Notes under the pieces: generated by a model
Databases searched by the model: none
What the model was told of the DNA's origin: nothing
What the model saw: the letters and a program-made list of their open reading frames with translations, nothing else
Assembly (NCBI GenBank): GCA_051453625.1
Contig: JBOZIK010000001.1
Location: 7,925,950 to 7,945,949 of the forward strand
Source: Welwitschia mirabilis
Taxonomy: Eukaryota
DNA length: 20,000 nucleotides
Direction of reading: 5' to 3'
Made by a program: the position numbers and the translations under genes
Shown here: piece after piece, positions 1 through 11,430 of the stretch
How the letters are laid out: each line of letters begins with the position of its first letter
Position numbering within the stretch: position 1 is the stretch's first letter

Positions 1-2
1 TT

Positions 3-320
3 TACTATTAGAAATATAGGCTTTTAAAGAATTTATTTTAATGAACACTTTAAGTATAATCCTTTCAAGGCATTTATTTTAATAAATGCCTTAAATAAAA
101 TATAATAAAACCTTTTTAAAAAAGGCGTGTTTTTATACAAATGCCTTAAAAGCCTTTTATAATTGTCTTTAAGGCATTTATAAAAAGAATGCCTTAATAA
201 TAAAGTGTGTATTTTAATAAATACCTTAAATAAAATCCTCTTTGAGGTATTTATTAAAATAAACACCTTACATAAGACATAAAAAACCTTTTAAAGGTGT
301 TTTTTATAAAAACACGCTTC
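3..320 (+). mobile_element. CACTA (En/Spm) transposon left end: TIR plus subterminal repeat field
   Basis: 3-34 TACTATTAGAAATATAGGCTTTTAAAGAATTT resembles the CACTACAAGAAA terminus. It is followed by inverted pairs of an AAGGCATTT/AAATGCCTT motif: a perfect 12-bp stem at 67-78/81-92 and further pairs at about 122-147, 171-195, 244-270 and 293-319. Confidence 0.8.
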
Positions 321-1399
321 TCCGAGTAGGCTTGAGGGTTTACATACAACACTTCTAGTTTGGATGTCTAAGTGAGGCATTCAGAAGTTTCAACTAAATT
401 TTTCACTCTTAGACTAATGTCTAATGGAAATCCTGATAGGTTTTTGTTTAGAGCTTTAGTTTTATTAATAGAAAATATGCTTTAGTTCCATGTTAAGATT
501 TAATACAAGTTATTTATTATTATTTCAATTTTCTCTTCCCATAGATAAGGCCACTTGACCCCTTTCATAATGCTCACATAGCTTAACTTTAAGGAGGTTT
601 AGATGAAGTAAGGGACATCTATAGTTTTGCATTTTACAGGTTCATTGGGATGGAGGTAAAATAATGAAATATTTTATGTAAAGAAATACAAGAAGAATAA
701 AAAACATCTTTCAATGCATGGTTTTTAAGGCCATTATCATCTTCAAGGAGGCCATTTAATGATTGGAGAAAACTGGTTATTGTTTTGAGGAAGTTCTTCA
801 ATGTTTTGAGAAAAAATGCATGACATTATGAAGAGACTATTCAATGATTTGGGGAAGAATGCTAAAAATTTTAAGGAGACTACTTGATGATTTTTATCTC
901 TCATTCAAATTAAAAACTAATTTTAGCTATGAAGATATCTATTAGAATTTTGTTTCTGATTCTTTTATATCTGAAACTCCATTCATTATTAAGGGTCTCT
1001 CTTACTTGCTTGTTTTCTTGTGTGTTTTCTTTTCAATGTTCTTATGTAGATGAAAAACGTAGAGGTACCTCAATAGAAAATTATTAAGGTTGGCTTTTAA
1101 TGCTAATTTTCATCATTTCAATGTGGATGAAAATTACAGTTCATCTTTTTCATCTAGAATGTCTAGTTTTAATCCATGATCTTCACATTTCCAGTTGGTC
1201 TAATACTACTTTGATTCATAGCTACTAAAAAAAAGAGAGATAAAAATTTAGCTTACATAAGAAAAATGACATTCAAAGATGCACATAAGCATCTCTAAAT
1301 AAATAGGACATCTCCTTACCTATATAGGCCTTTAATATTTCAATGCCTTTTATATTTATAATTACTAAAGTATATAATTCATGTATTAACCAACGTTCT

Positions 1400-1850
1400 C
1401 AATCATTTATTTAGTTTAAAGACTAGATAGTATCAAAAATACACTAAAATCTCAATTTTTTTCTATCTTTAGAGCTATAATTGATTTTATCATTGTTTTC
1501 TATGGTGCTTTATGAAAATGGGATCTAGATTCAATAAGTCTAGTTCTCATGAATAATAAAATTCCAATGCAAAAAGAGAGGATATTAGAAAGGTCAAGGG
1601 GAAAAAAATACAATCAAAGATAGAGGGATAAAGAAATACTAAATATATAGAGATCATAGAAAGAGTACCAAAAGGGTAATACAAAAAAGTAACTAAAATG
1701 GATTCAAGAAGGAGATGTAAAAGAATTAAATAAAAGACCAAAGGTTCGCTATAGAAGAGAAACAATAGTCCATGCAAGAAGAAGAGAGGATTTAAAAAAT
1801 AGATTGTAGTAAGACTATAATTGTTAAAAAGATACAATACAACTAAAAGA
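1400..1850 (+). pseudogene. gag: Degenerate Ty1/copia gag remnant
   Basis: One frame carries DFIIV (1483), DLDSISL (1522) and YNC*K (1816). These are colinear with the copia Gag motifs FDFIVVAIEESKDLDSMS and the CYNCQK zinc-knuckle start. Many stop codons. Confidence 0.45.
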
Positions 1851-2409
1851 AGAATAACAATAATAAATGCCAAATTATTCAATGCATTTTCTAAGGCTTC
1901 TAGCGCAACTACTGATAATGATTTTACTATAGTTTGCAATATATTAAAACATAAATGCATACAAATGCCATTCCTTTCTCTTCTTTTCTTAAGACATTAT
2001 TTATTCATGGTCCTAATTTTTGTTTTATTGAGATAAAATTCTTTTAGTATCTTTTAATCACAGAATAGCAATGGCCTCTAGGATTTTCTACATTAGTCTT
2101 TTTAGATAATTTTCTAATTCTTTTTATCACTATTATGGGCTAAACCCATATTAGCACCAATAGATCACTTCATGATTTTCTCTTGAATAGTGACTATGAT
2201 TAAGTTTGCTATTTAATTTTGATAATTAATGGAATTTTATATTTTATTTATCAAATAAAAAATTTTTATAATTTAAAGTATGAGATACTTGAGTGTATAC
2301 TAATAACCAAGTCTTGATCCTATAAGAGTATAAGGCAACTTGAAGGTTGTTGTGGTACATATTTGTGAAAATGTTACATACTTAAATAAGTCCTATCACC
2401 AAAAATATA

Positions 2410-2975
2410 TATTTCATAATACAACACACTAATATAGATGGGAGTAACTCAAATGTTGTCATTACATCAAAGGCATAGATGAGAAGAAAGAGAATTTATT
2501 TGAAAGAAAATACTTATATAATCTCTAAGTAGAATAATAACAATGCAAATAAATACAGTATGCAAATGAGATCCAAGACTAGTCTCAATGCAACATCTAT
2601 TCGATTACCAAATTAACTTGTCATGGAGATCAGTCCTTTATAATCTAGATCAATCAAGAAAAGTTGTTACTAGACTAAGATCAACCTAAGCTATTATGTG
2701 CATCAGACAGCATATGAAAACAATGTAAAGTTAATCTAAGAAATGAAATGCAATGCACCTAAAGTAATAATTTCAACCTTAAAGAAGGTTTTTCTTATGA
2801 TCTATATTATAAATAAATCTATCACAGAATAAAAAGTAACATAGACCATAAGGGATATGCTACATAACAAATAATGTGAAAATAAAAATAGAGTTTTATT
2901 AAGTTAAATCAACATTTATATTACAAGGCAGCAATACCTTAATGAAGCATACACATTTCAACATAAATGAAGACA
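2410..2975. repeat. LTR-like dispersed repeat, copy 1 (diverged paralogue of 4420-4850)
   Basis: Shares colinear blocks with 4420-4850, e.g. ATACAACACACTAATATAGATG vs ATACAACACACTATTATAGATG and CAACCTTAAAGAAGGTT vs CAACCTTGACAAAGGTT. LTR identity is inferred. Confidence 0.55.
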
Positions 2976-3371
2976 TTTCTCTATAACAACAAAGGATGGT
3001 TCTCCTACTCATAAATCTCCAATCATAATAATTTTTAGTGTTAAAGAGCATAAAGTTGAAGTTAAGGACGAAGGAGGTATTTATGACAAATAATAACTCT
3101 AAAAATAGTAAACACTAATACATGTAATAAAACCTTAACAATAGTGAAAGAAAACGCAAGACACATGGAAAAAATTTAATGAAGTTTAGTAAAGCATATA
3201 TTTAGGTGTAATTTTATTAATCATCCAAACATCACAGGGGATGATGCCATATCATATAGAATCCACATCAACTCCTAGATTAGTCTAGTAAGTGTCCTAA
3301 TCAACATAAGTACTTCTATAATTTGTATAGTCATCTAGATGATAAGGTGGATGATAGGCTTNNNNNNNNNN

Positions 3372-3580
3372 AGTATTGTATTTTTCATAAAATGTTGTCA
3401 AATGTAATAAATATTACATGTTTTTGTGATATTTGTGTTAGCTCTCCATTATCGTCAAAACTTAGCATAAACATATTTATTGTCCTCTAAAACTACTTAA
3501 AAACCTTATCAAATACATATAATTTAGTAGCACAACATAGCCCCCCACTTAGCCTTATTAGTCCTTAACAAAAAACTAGG
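3372..3580 (-). mobile_element. Athila-like polypurine tract and start of a 3' LTR
   Basis: The minus strand reads TTTTGTTAAGGACTAATAAGGCTAAGTGGGGGGCTA then TGTTGTGC (TG at 3537). This resembles the Athila-type GAGGAC...CTAAGTGTGGGGG PPT block directly before an LTR. The LTR may continue left across the gap into 2410-3361. Confidence 0.6.
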
Positions 3581-4419
3581 TAAACAACCATGATTGTAAG
3601 CCAAATTGACTAAATATGAATCAACTAAAAACTATGAAACAAACTTAGAAATAATCTTAGAAATATTAGAATGTAGAACAAAAATGTTAAAAATAGATAA
3701 TTGAACATTTTACCTATGCAAAATAAGTGGTCATACTATTGCCACGGTGGTAGTACAGATAATGGAGGAGACAACAGGCTCAAAAATTATTCTTGAAAAA
3801 TAGAAGCTTTGAAAAATTTTTTAGAAAGATAAACATCAAAATTTAATAATATTAATAACCCCCTCATTCAAATGTATAGCATATTATAAAAGATAATCAT
3901 GTATAACATAAAAATTCATTGTCATGTAATGTCTCAATAATATGATGTGCAGTAATATCTTAAAAATAAAAGATGGACATAATGATAATGCTCAAAAAAT
4001 TATGTCTATATATAGAACCATGAATTTTCATACAATCCATGGAGGAAAGATATGCAATACAATGAATCACTCCCCTCATTATGCCAAAATGAATTCTTGA
4101 TGTACAGTAGGCTAAAATGTAGGTGAATAAGGTAGAGGGTGATCAGGATCTATAGGAAAACAATGATTAAGGGTTGTTGTGACATCTTCCTATACTCTAA
4201 CTACCTTTGGAATGTCCACTTTTATATCATGCTTAATGCATAATATGCACTAACATACATTAATTAATTACTCCTTCATATGCTAAACTCTCCTCTTTAC
4301 TGTAGATATCCTCTTCTCTCTCATGATGAAGCCTTAGTTTACAACCTCTCTAATGCCCTATTACAGTGTGTATTTATGAAAAATTATGTTCTGAGTAGAA
4401 TCTTATTAATTAAAAATAT

Positions 4420-4850
4420 AATACACAGATACAACACACTATTATAGATGATAGTGACCCAAATGTCATAATTCTTCAAAGACCAAAGTAGGAAATAAGA
4501 GAGTTTCTTTCCACAAAGAAATGCTTGCACACTAATCTATAGAAATAACTTTCAATGCATTAAAGTAAAAATGCAAGATAGTTGTGCAAAGCTAATCTAG
4601 AAAAAAAGAAATAACAATGCATCTAATCTAAACTAACCATGCACAACCTTGACAAAGGTTAATCTTGTAACCTATATCACTAAAGAAACTGTCACTGGAT
4701 GAGAAGCAACATAAGCTATGAGGGTGAGAAACAAACATGCATGAAAATTATATAAAGAAATGTTTTATATTAGATTGCAAACCACATTCGTATTATAAAG
4801 TAGCCACATATTAATGGAAGAAACACTACCCAACACCAATGAAAATTATG
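4420..4850. repeat. LTR-like dispersed repeat, copy 2
   Basis: Direct, strongly diverged copy of 2410-2975 with indels. Confidence 0.55.
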
Positions 4851-5004
4851 TAAACTTTCATATTTATCTCTAATATGGAATCAGAGTACTCTTCCGCAAA
4901 CTCCATCATGGGATTAGAGCATTCTTGTGATTTTTTCTATTCTACATGAAAATTTTAACATTTAGATTATTAAGTTTGTGTAACTAATTCTTTATTTGTA
5001 AATG

Positions 5005-5265
5005 GTATTTCCTAGTTTTTAAAAATTTTAACTGTCTTTTATAAAGTATCCCAAGCTTCTCATATCTCTTTAGATGCAAAATTATTACCACTTATTATTT
5101 TTTTGAGTTGTATACTTTAGGTAGTTAATCTTTTATAGAAAAAGTTTAATAATCTTAAAGCTGTAAGCCCATGTTTGGGGATTTTTAAAGCACTTAAATA
5201 AATTATGAATAGATTCAACACTTCATGCTTGAAATATTTTCATGATCCAATTGAGTAATGTTTAA
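5005..5265 (-). pseudogene. gag: Ty3/gypsy Athila-like gag fragment, inverted relative to 8377-9260
   Basis: The minus strand from 5182 translates IPKHGLTALRLLNFFYKRLTT*SIQLKKIISGNNFASKEI*EAWDTL*KTVKIFKN*E. It matches the CPHHG...FFYxGL...GGxFxxKxxEEAW...W block of Retrotrans_gag-containing proteins and parallels 8822-8996. Confidence 0.75.
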
Positions 5266-5599
5266 ATAATGTAGCTACACTCTGTCCAAGAAAAAATAAA
5301 AAGAGTTCATACTAGTTACATCACCTTAATCATATATAGTTTAAATTATAGATTTAATATCTCTTAAGTGTTTTGTTAATATGTACAAATTAACATTTAT
5401 ATCAAGCGTTTTAGGTTAATTTATTATAAATAACAATATTAATATAATTATTTTAATCATAAAATATGTATTCTATTATTTTTAAAAATAAAATTTAATA
5501 TTACATTTTTCTGCATGATAATGATAGATATTTCTCCCTCTTTTGAAACACATGACAAAAGATGAATACAATTCTACACAAAACAATAGTGGCAATGGA

Positions 5600-6360
5600 T
5601 ACATGATGTGGTGACACTTAGTAGTACCATTGGAAGACATATGGCATAGGTATGTGGAGGTGACACTAGAGACATGTGGAAATAGCACTAGTTGGTAGAG
5701 GATTGAGCTAGTCTTTAGGATTACTTAAGGAGATCTTCTTGCTTTCTTCTTTTTCTGTTGTAAAGTTGTTCTCATTTTGTAATAAAAAAAGTTATTTTCT
5801 TTGATTTTAATTCATGAGTAATATTGTAATTAGAATGCTTAGGCCATTTTAATTATCAGGTTTACTTTAGTTGAGTAAATTCCTTTCATTAATTTATCTA
5901 ATTCTTCTAATTTTACAGATCTTAAGTACTTTATATTCCTTACTTTCTATTGTTATTTTAAGGCTGACATATTAATTGAATTCACCATTTATCAAATGAT
6001 TGATGAGATTATGCCTTATGATTTGAACCATATGCACTTGATGATTTGAATTGTTTTATAGGAAAGACAATTATATAACATTATATTGAAGAATTACTTA
6101 AGGATAAATCAATAATACCTTGGAGCTAGTTTTCTCCCCTTATCTTCCAAGACAAAGATCAACTCTAAAATTAATTAAATCTCTTCTTTTATTTTTCTTT
6201 AAATCTGTAACGTACATCAAAAGATAAAGTTAGTGTAAATTTAAACCTATACCCAATGTTATCCCTGAGAAAGAATGATAGCTAAGTAAAAACCTAACTT
6301 TAAATCTAGTCATTATATTATAGTAATTAAATTTTGACATTATCACTCAGGATAACAGCA
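5600..6360 (+). mobile_element. Putative 5' LTR (3' portion) of an Athila-like element; left boundary uncertain
   Basis: T-rich LTR-like sequence with an ATCCCTGAG...TTATATTA block. It ends in CA at 6360, directly before TGG, and lies about 1 kb upstream of gag once the duplication is collapsed. Confidence 0.5.
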
Positions 6361-8119
6361 TGGTAGTAGTTTATAGGACTACTAGTTTTTATTTTTGCAA
6401 GTTTTACATGGTTTTTATTTCTATAATGGTGGCTACTAGTTCTTTTTTTCTAGTAACACCTAAACTAGTCACTTTTCTTTTGATTTATGTATNNNNNNNN
6501 NNNNNNNNNNNNNNNNNNNNNNNNNNNNNNNNNNNNNNNNNNNNNNNNNNNNNNNNNNNNNNNNNNNNNNNNNNNNNNNNNNNNNNNNNNNNATGCAAGT
6601 CTAATGTTTAATTTATAGTTTTCTTTTATAATTAAAAACCTAAAAACGTTTAAAACTTTGAATCAACTTTGTATTTCATTATGTGCTTTCTTTTTTCTAC
6701 TATATTTTGGTACATTTTACTATTTCTATTTTTTTGATTTCACTATGTGTTTCAAAATCTTAAGAATCAAAAAATATTTATCATGATTTCAATAATGTTA
6801 AGCTTAATTTTATTCACATTTTTAATTTCAATTTTATTTCACTGTGACCCCAATACTACATTTGTTCTGCATGAACTCTACAAATTACTTCATGGAAACT
6901 AAACCTAATACTCAAAAATTTACTGATGCTGCTACCCATTATGCCTTAAATATAGTAATATTTTCACCTAACCTTTTGTGTAACCCATGAAATTCATGTA
7001 ACTTCTAAGATCTAAAAATTTCCCTCTTATTCTTATCTAAAACCTTCTGATCTTATTCTTGCATGATCTAAACCCCTGATAAAACTAAAAGATTAATTCA
7101 AGATAACATGGACTCTTACACAGACTATGAAANNNNNNNNNNNNNNNNNNNNNNNNNNNNNNNNNNNNNNNNNNNNNNNNNNNNNNNNNNNNNNNNNNNN
7201 NNNNNNNNNNNNNNNNNNNNNNNNNNNNNNNNAATCTATACCTAATGTTATCCTTGAGAAAGAATGATAGCTAAGTAAAAACCTGACTTTAAATCCAGTC
7301 ATTATATTATAGAAATCAAATTTTAACATTATCACTTAGGATAATAGTATGATAGTAGCTTATAGGAGCACTAGTTTTTATTTTTGCAAGTTTTACATAG
7401 TTTTTATTTCTCTAATGGTGGATACTAGTTCTTTTTTTCTAGTAAAACCTAAGCTAGTCCTTTTTCTTTTGATTTATGTATTTCTTTTCTTTCTAGTAGT
7501 TGGTACTAATCCTTTTAGTGTTATTTAACTAGTCAAGTTAGTTTCTAAAGTTTGTTTTTGATTGTTTTCTAACTTATTTTGTGCAATTCTAATGTTTAAT
7601 TTGTAGTTTTCTTTTAGAATTAAAAACCTAAAAACCTTTAAAACTTTGAATCAAATTTGTGTTCCATTATGTGCTTTCCTTTTTCTACTATGTTTTAGTA
7701 CATTTTACTATTTCTATTTTTGTGATTTTACTATGTGTTTGAAAACCTTAATAATCTAAAAATATTTATCATGATTTCAATAATTTTAAGTTCAATCTTA
7801 TTCACATTTTTAATTTCAATTTTATTTCACTGTCACCCCAATACTACATCCGTTCTACATGAACTCTGTAAATCACTTCATGAAAAGTAAATATAATACT
7901 CAAAAATTTACTGATGCTACTACCCATTATGCCTCGAATATAGTAAGATTTTCTTCTAACCTTTTGTGTAATCCATGAAATTCATGTAACTTCCAAGATC
8001 TAAAATTTCCCTCGATTTCTTATCTAAAACCTTCTAATCTTATTCTTGCATGATCTAGACACCTGACAAAACTAAAAGATTAATTCAAAATAACATGGAC
8101 TCTTACACAGACTATGAAA
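6245..8119 (+). repeat. Direct duplication across a 100-N gap: 6245-7132 vs 7233-8119
   Basis: Colinear over about 890 bp at roughly 90% identity by eye. The first copy ends exactly at the gap and the second begins at it. Confidence 0.9.
6361..6378 (+). promoter_or_regulatory. Putative primer-binding site
   Basis: TGGTAGTAGTTTATAGGA follows the CA and has the TGG...GGA 18-nt shape of a PBS. The second copy at about 7350 reads TGATAGTAGCTTATAGGA. The cognate tRNA is not identified. Confidence 0.35.
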
Positions 8120-8376
8120 GAATGTAAGAAATTATAAATAAAGCTCATGATAATTCTTAAAGAGATTAAACTTTGACCCCCCAAAAGAATCAAATTAATT
8201 AAGAAATTGTCTCATCATAATGACTACAATAAAACTTTAATGATCCACTTAATCTTTAAGATTCCTTCAATGGATTTTTGTCTAACTAATAAATGCTCAA
8301 TAAATTAATAGCCTATTATTTCATTGAAGAAGTGGTCAAGTGACAAGCTACCCTCACTGCTACTGCTAACCAATCT

Positions 8377-9260
8377 AGGAAAACCATGCATGATTACCTC
8401 CAATCATAAAGCTTAGGAAAATCCTCTTGCATATTTTCACCATCCATTAATCATGGGCTATAAGTCAAACCTTTCATAATGCAATCTTACCTCATTTCCA
8501 TAAATTAGAATCTAAGGATTCATACCTCCATTTCAAAGAATTTGAATGTGGCCTATCAACTATCCCTCAGTATCCTAACACTCATGATGTACTTAGGCTT
8601 ACTATATTTCCCTTTTTCTTAAAAGAAAAGATGAAATTCTAGTTATACATCCTAAAACTATTATCGTTACAAATTGGATAAAACTGAGTAAAGCTTTCAT
8701 CTCTAAATTTCTTATTAATCATAAAACAAATACCCTAAGGAAATAAATCATGAACTTCCAATAGATGGACCATAAAAAAATTTTCTAGATCTTAGAAAAA
8801 CTTAAGGACCTTCTATTGAAATGTCCACAACATGGTTTTAAGCTAGGTAAATAAATTATTTTCTTCTATAATGGACTAACCACTAGTAATAACCAGTTAA
8901 TAAAGATAATGAGCTAAGATAATTTACTTAGTGTTGTCCTAGATGAGGTTTGTAAGTATTTAGAAAGTAAATCTAAGAGCTCAAGAAATTGGGAAAAAAC
9001 CTACTAAACCATTAAGATCACATCATCTAGTTAGGTTAACAAGTATTTTTAGAGTTCCCAAAGACTTTGAGGTAAATAGAAAAATATATAAATTAGCAAG
9101 TAAATTAGCATTATTGATTGCTTAGCTTCACCCTCATTCATGGTCACTAAACCTGAGTGTTTGATTTACCACATTGACACCCATGAATCCATGAAATGCC
9201 CCTCCATTTCCTTATTCCAAAACATAGTCAATGAATAGGTAAATGTGGTAGGACCATAAT
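8377..9260 (+). pseudogene. gag: Ty3/gypsy Athila-like gag pseudogene (Retrotrans_gag region plus decayed zinc knuckle)
   Basis: The frameshifted translation reads RKTMHDYLQ, LPHFHKLESKDSYLHFKEFE, DVLRLTIFPFFLKEK, NWIKLSKAFISKF, KTNTLRK*IMNFQ, KLKDLLLKCPQHGF, FFYNGLT, SRNWE. It then gives CLIYHIDTHESMKC at 9158-9199, a CX2CX4HX4C knuckle with the second C changed to Y. Confidence 0.9.
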
Positions 9261-9815
9261 GGCACAATAAAATACTCAATTCTTTACCTTTTAAAACATC
9301 TCAAAAGGTCTTTTAAAGTAGCAAGTTATAAAATGCCNNNNNNNNNNNNNNNNNNNNNNNNNNNNNNNNNNNNNNNNNNNNNNNNNNNNNNNNNNNNNNN
9401 NNNNNNNNNNNNNNNNNNNNNNNNNNNNNNNNNNNNNNNNNNNNNNNNNNNNNNNNNNNNNNNNNNNNNNNNNNNNNNNNNNNNNNNNNNNNNNNNNNNN
9501 NNNNNNNNNNNNNNNNNNNNNNNNNNNNNNNNNNNNNNNNNNNNNNNNNNNNNNNNNNNNNNNNNNNNNNNNNNNNNNNNNNNNNNNNNNNNNNNNNNNN
9601 NNNNNNNNNNNNNNNNNNNNNNNNNNNNNNNNNNNNNNNNNNNNNNNNNNNNNNNNNNNNNNNNNNNNNNNNNGACTAAAAATATTTCTTTATTTCAAAA
9701 CATAGTCAATGACTAGGTAAATGTGGTAGGACCATAATGGCAAAATCAAACACTCAAGTCTTTATCTGTTAAAACACCTCAAAAGTTCTTTTAAAGTATT
9801 AGTTTGTAAAATGCC
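9207..9815 (+). repeat. Gap-flanking duplication: about 9207-9337 vs 9683-9815
   Basis: CAAAACATAGTCAATGA..TAGGTAAATGTGGTAGGACCATAATGGCA occurs on both sides of the gap. Both copies include the gag/CACTA junction. Confidence 0.9.
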
Positions 9816-9999
9816 TTAAACTATGTTATAAGGAATTTTTATTTAAACACCTTAGAAATGCATTGAAAGCCTAAAGGCCTTTAAGGCAAGGATTTTTAAG
9901 GCCTTTTTTTTAAAGAAATGCCTTAAAATCATTTAGGACATTTTAAAGGCCTTTTAAGATCTTTTAGAAATTCCCTAAAAGCCTATATTTCTTGTAGTA
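9765..9999 (-). mobile_element. CACTA (En/Spm) transposon right end: subterminal repeats plus TIR
   Basis: The reverse complement of 9968-9999 is TACTACAAGAAATATAGGCTTTTAGGGAATTT, 28/32 identical to 3-34. Upstream are many AAATGCCTTAAA, AAACACCTT and TTTAAGGC motifs in both orientations. A partial second copy lies at about 9285-9337, before the gap. Confidence 0.85.
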
Positions 10000-10009
10000 T
10001 AATATTAAG

Positions 10010-11430
10010 AATTCTTGTAATAGCTATAACTAATAAGATGCATTCTAATAGCTTATTTTAATAATTTATCTTATTTGTGCACACTAAAGTAACATCCATA
10101 ATTATGATGTTGCATTTTATTTAATTCGTTATTAACATTTATTAATTATGATAAATATTTATATATGATAAAAGCTTATCTTGATGTTTTTCTTATAATT
10201 TCTTTCTAAATTATCATCTTGATTCTTTTCTTAATAATTACAAGTAGTGGCATGTTTTTAGAATTTTGGCATTTTCCTTTAGATGTCGTATTTGATTAAA
10301 TACTAATGATTCTTTGTCTTTCCTAAAAATAGTAAGATGCCATGTGACTGAGCTTTGTCTTCTTTATACTCATTTTGAAAAATGCCAAGAACTTATTGGA
10401 TTATGTGACTAATGCATTGATGATGAAGGAAATTTTTTTCATGGATATTATTTAATTATTGAAAAAACAATTTTTTGGTACTATTATTATTATGATGAAA
10501 TATTAAATATNNNNNNNNNNNNNNNNNNNNNNNNNNNNNNNNNNNNNNNNNNNNNNNNNNNNNNNNNNNNNNNNNNNNNNNNNNNNNNNNNNNNNNNNNN
10601 NNNNNNNNNNTTGAAAAAACAATTTTTTGGTACTATTATTATTATGATGAAATATTAAATATATCCAATGGCTAGGCAAATTAATAATTAAGGATTAGGA
10701 AATTATAACCATTTTTCAAAGAATAATAATGGATTATACATATCCCTTGAAATTTCCAATATTCTTTGAATTCCTTCATCTCATTATAAGTAGGATTTAT
10801 TATCTCCTTACTCTTGTTCTTTTGAACATCTTCTAGTCTTAAAATCTTGAAGACCTTCTACCTTAANNNNNNNNNNNNNNNNNNNNNNNNNNNNNNNNNN
10901 NNNNNNNNNNNNNNNNNNNNNNNNNNNNNNNNNNNNNNNNNNNNNNNNNNNNNNNNNNNNNNNNNNTTGGTACTATTATTATGATGAAATATTAAATATA
11001 CCCAATGGCTAGGCAAAGTCATAATTAAGGATTAGGGAATTATAACCATTTTTCAAAGAATAATAATGGATTATACATACCCCTTAAAATTCCCAATATT
11101 CTTTGAATTCCTTCATCTCATTATAAGTGGGATCTCTTATCTCCTTACTCTTATTCTTTTGAACATCTTCTAGTTTTAAAATCTTGAATACCTTCTACCT
11201 TAAATCTTTGAAAACTCTAGAGTCTTAAGAATATTGAAGTCTTTGGAGTTTAGATGTAGCAATTCTAAATCTTGAAAAACATTACATTAAACAATGGATA
11301 CGGTTCTAGTTTTTTTGTTAAATCATGAATATGGTTTTAGGTTTCTCCTTATTTTCTTGTATGATCCTATGTATTTTGTAAATTTTGTATATTCTATATT
11401 TCTTCCACATCTCATGAATTTTATAGTTTT
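10010..11430 (-). pseudogene. gag-pol: Degenerate Ty1/copia (Tnt1/Tork-like) gag-protease remnant
   Basis: Colinear minus-strand motifs with frameshifts: MWKK...IHRIIQENKEKPKT (11410-11333), FQGI, LPSHW (11016-11002 and duplicate 10679-10665) and ALVT (10415-10404). These are followed by a decayed knuckle KNH*YxNQIRHLKExC (10314-10266) and II(D)YGCYFxVCTNK (10108-10070), resembling the copia protease motif WIIDSGCSFHMC. Confidence 0.55.
10459..11203 (+). repeat. Gap-flanking duplications: 10459-10510 identical to 10611-10662, and 10627-10866 vs 10967-11203
   Basis: The 52-bp pair is identical, like a contig overlap. The longer pair differs by scattered substitutions and one TAT unit. Confidence 0.9.

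Larger units (their letters stand above)
3..9999. mobile_element. Putative single non-autonomous CACTA element containing retrotransposon remnants
   Basis: Two inward-facing ends of the same family, with no transposase recognised between them. A 3-bp TSD is not confirmed: the right flank is TAA, while only TT is visible on the left. Confidence 0.5.

Noticed and set aside
33..266. 77-aa ORF
   Set aside because: It is a by-product of CACTA subterminal repeats and gives a low-complexity K/L/F protein.
1695..1790. LINE ORF2 motif from KWIQEGD
   Set aside because: The expected NTKFFH continuation is absent, and the flanking in-frame motifs fit copia gag.
1547..1960. 137-aa hydrophobic ORF resembling a membrane protein
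   Set aside because: It is the antisense reading of an A-rich decayed gag strand. The F/L/I richness is compositional.
9751..9766. CACTCAAG as a hidden left CACTA TIR
   Set aside because: The match ends after 8 nt and needs a deletion. The duplicate copy reads TACTCAAT.
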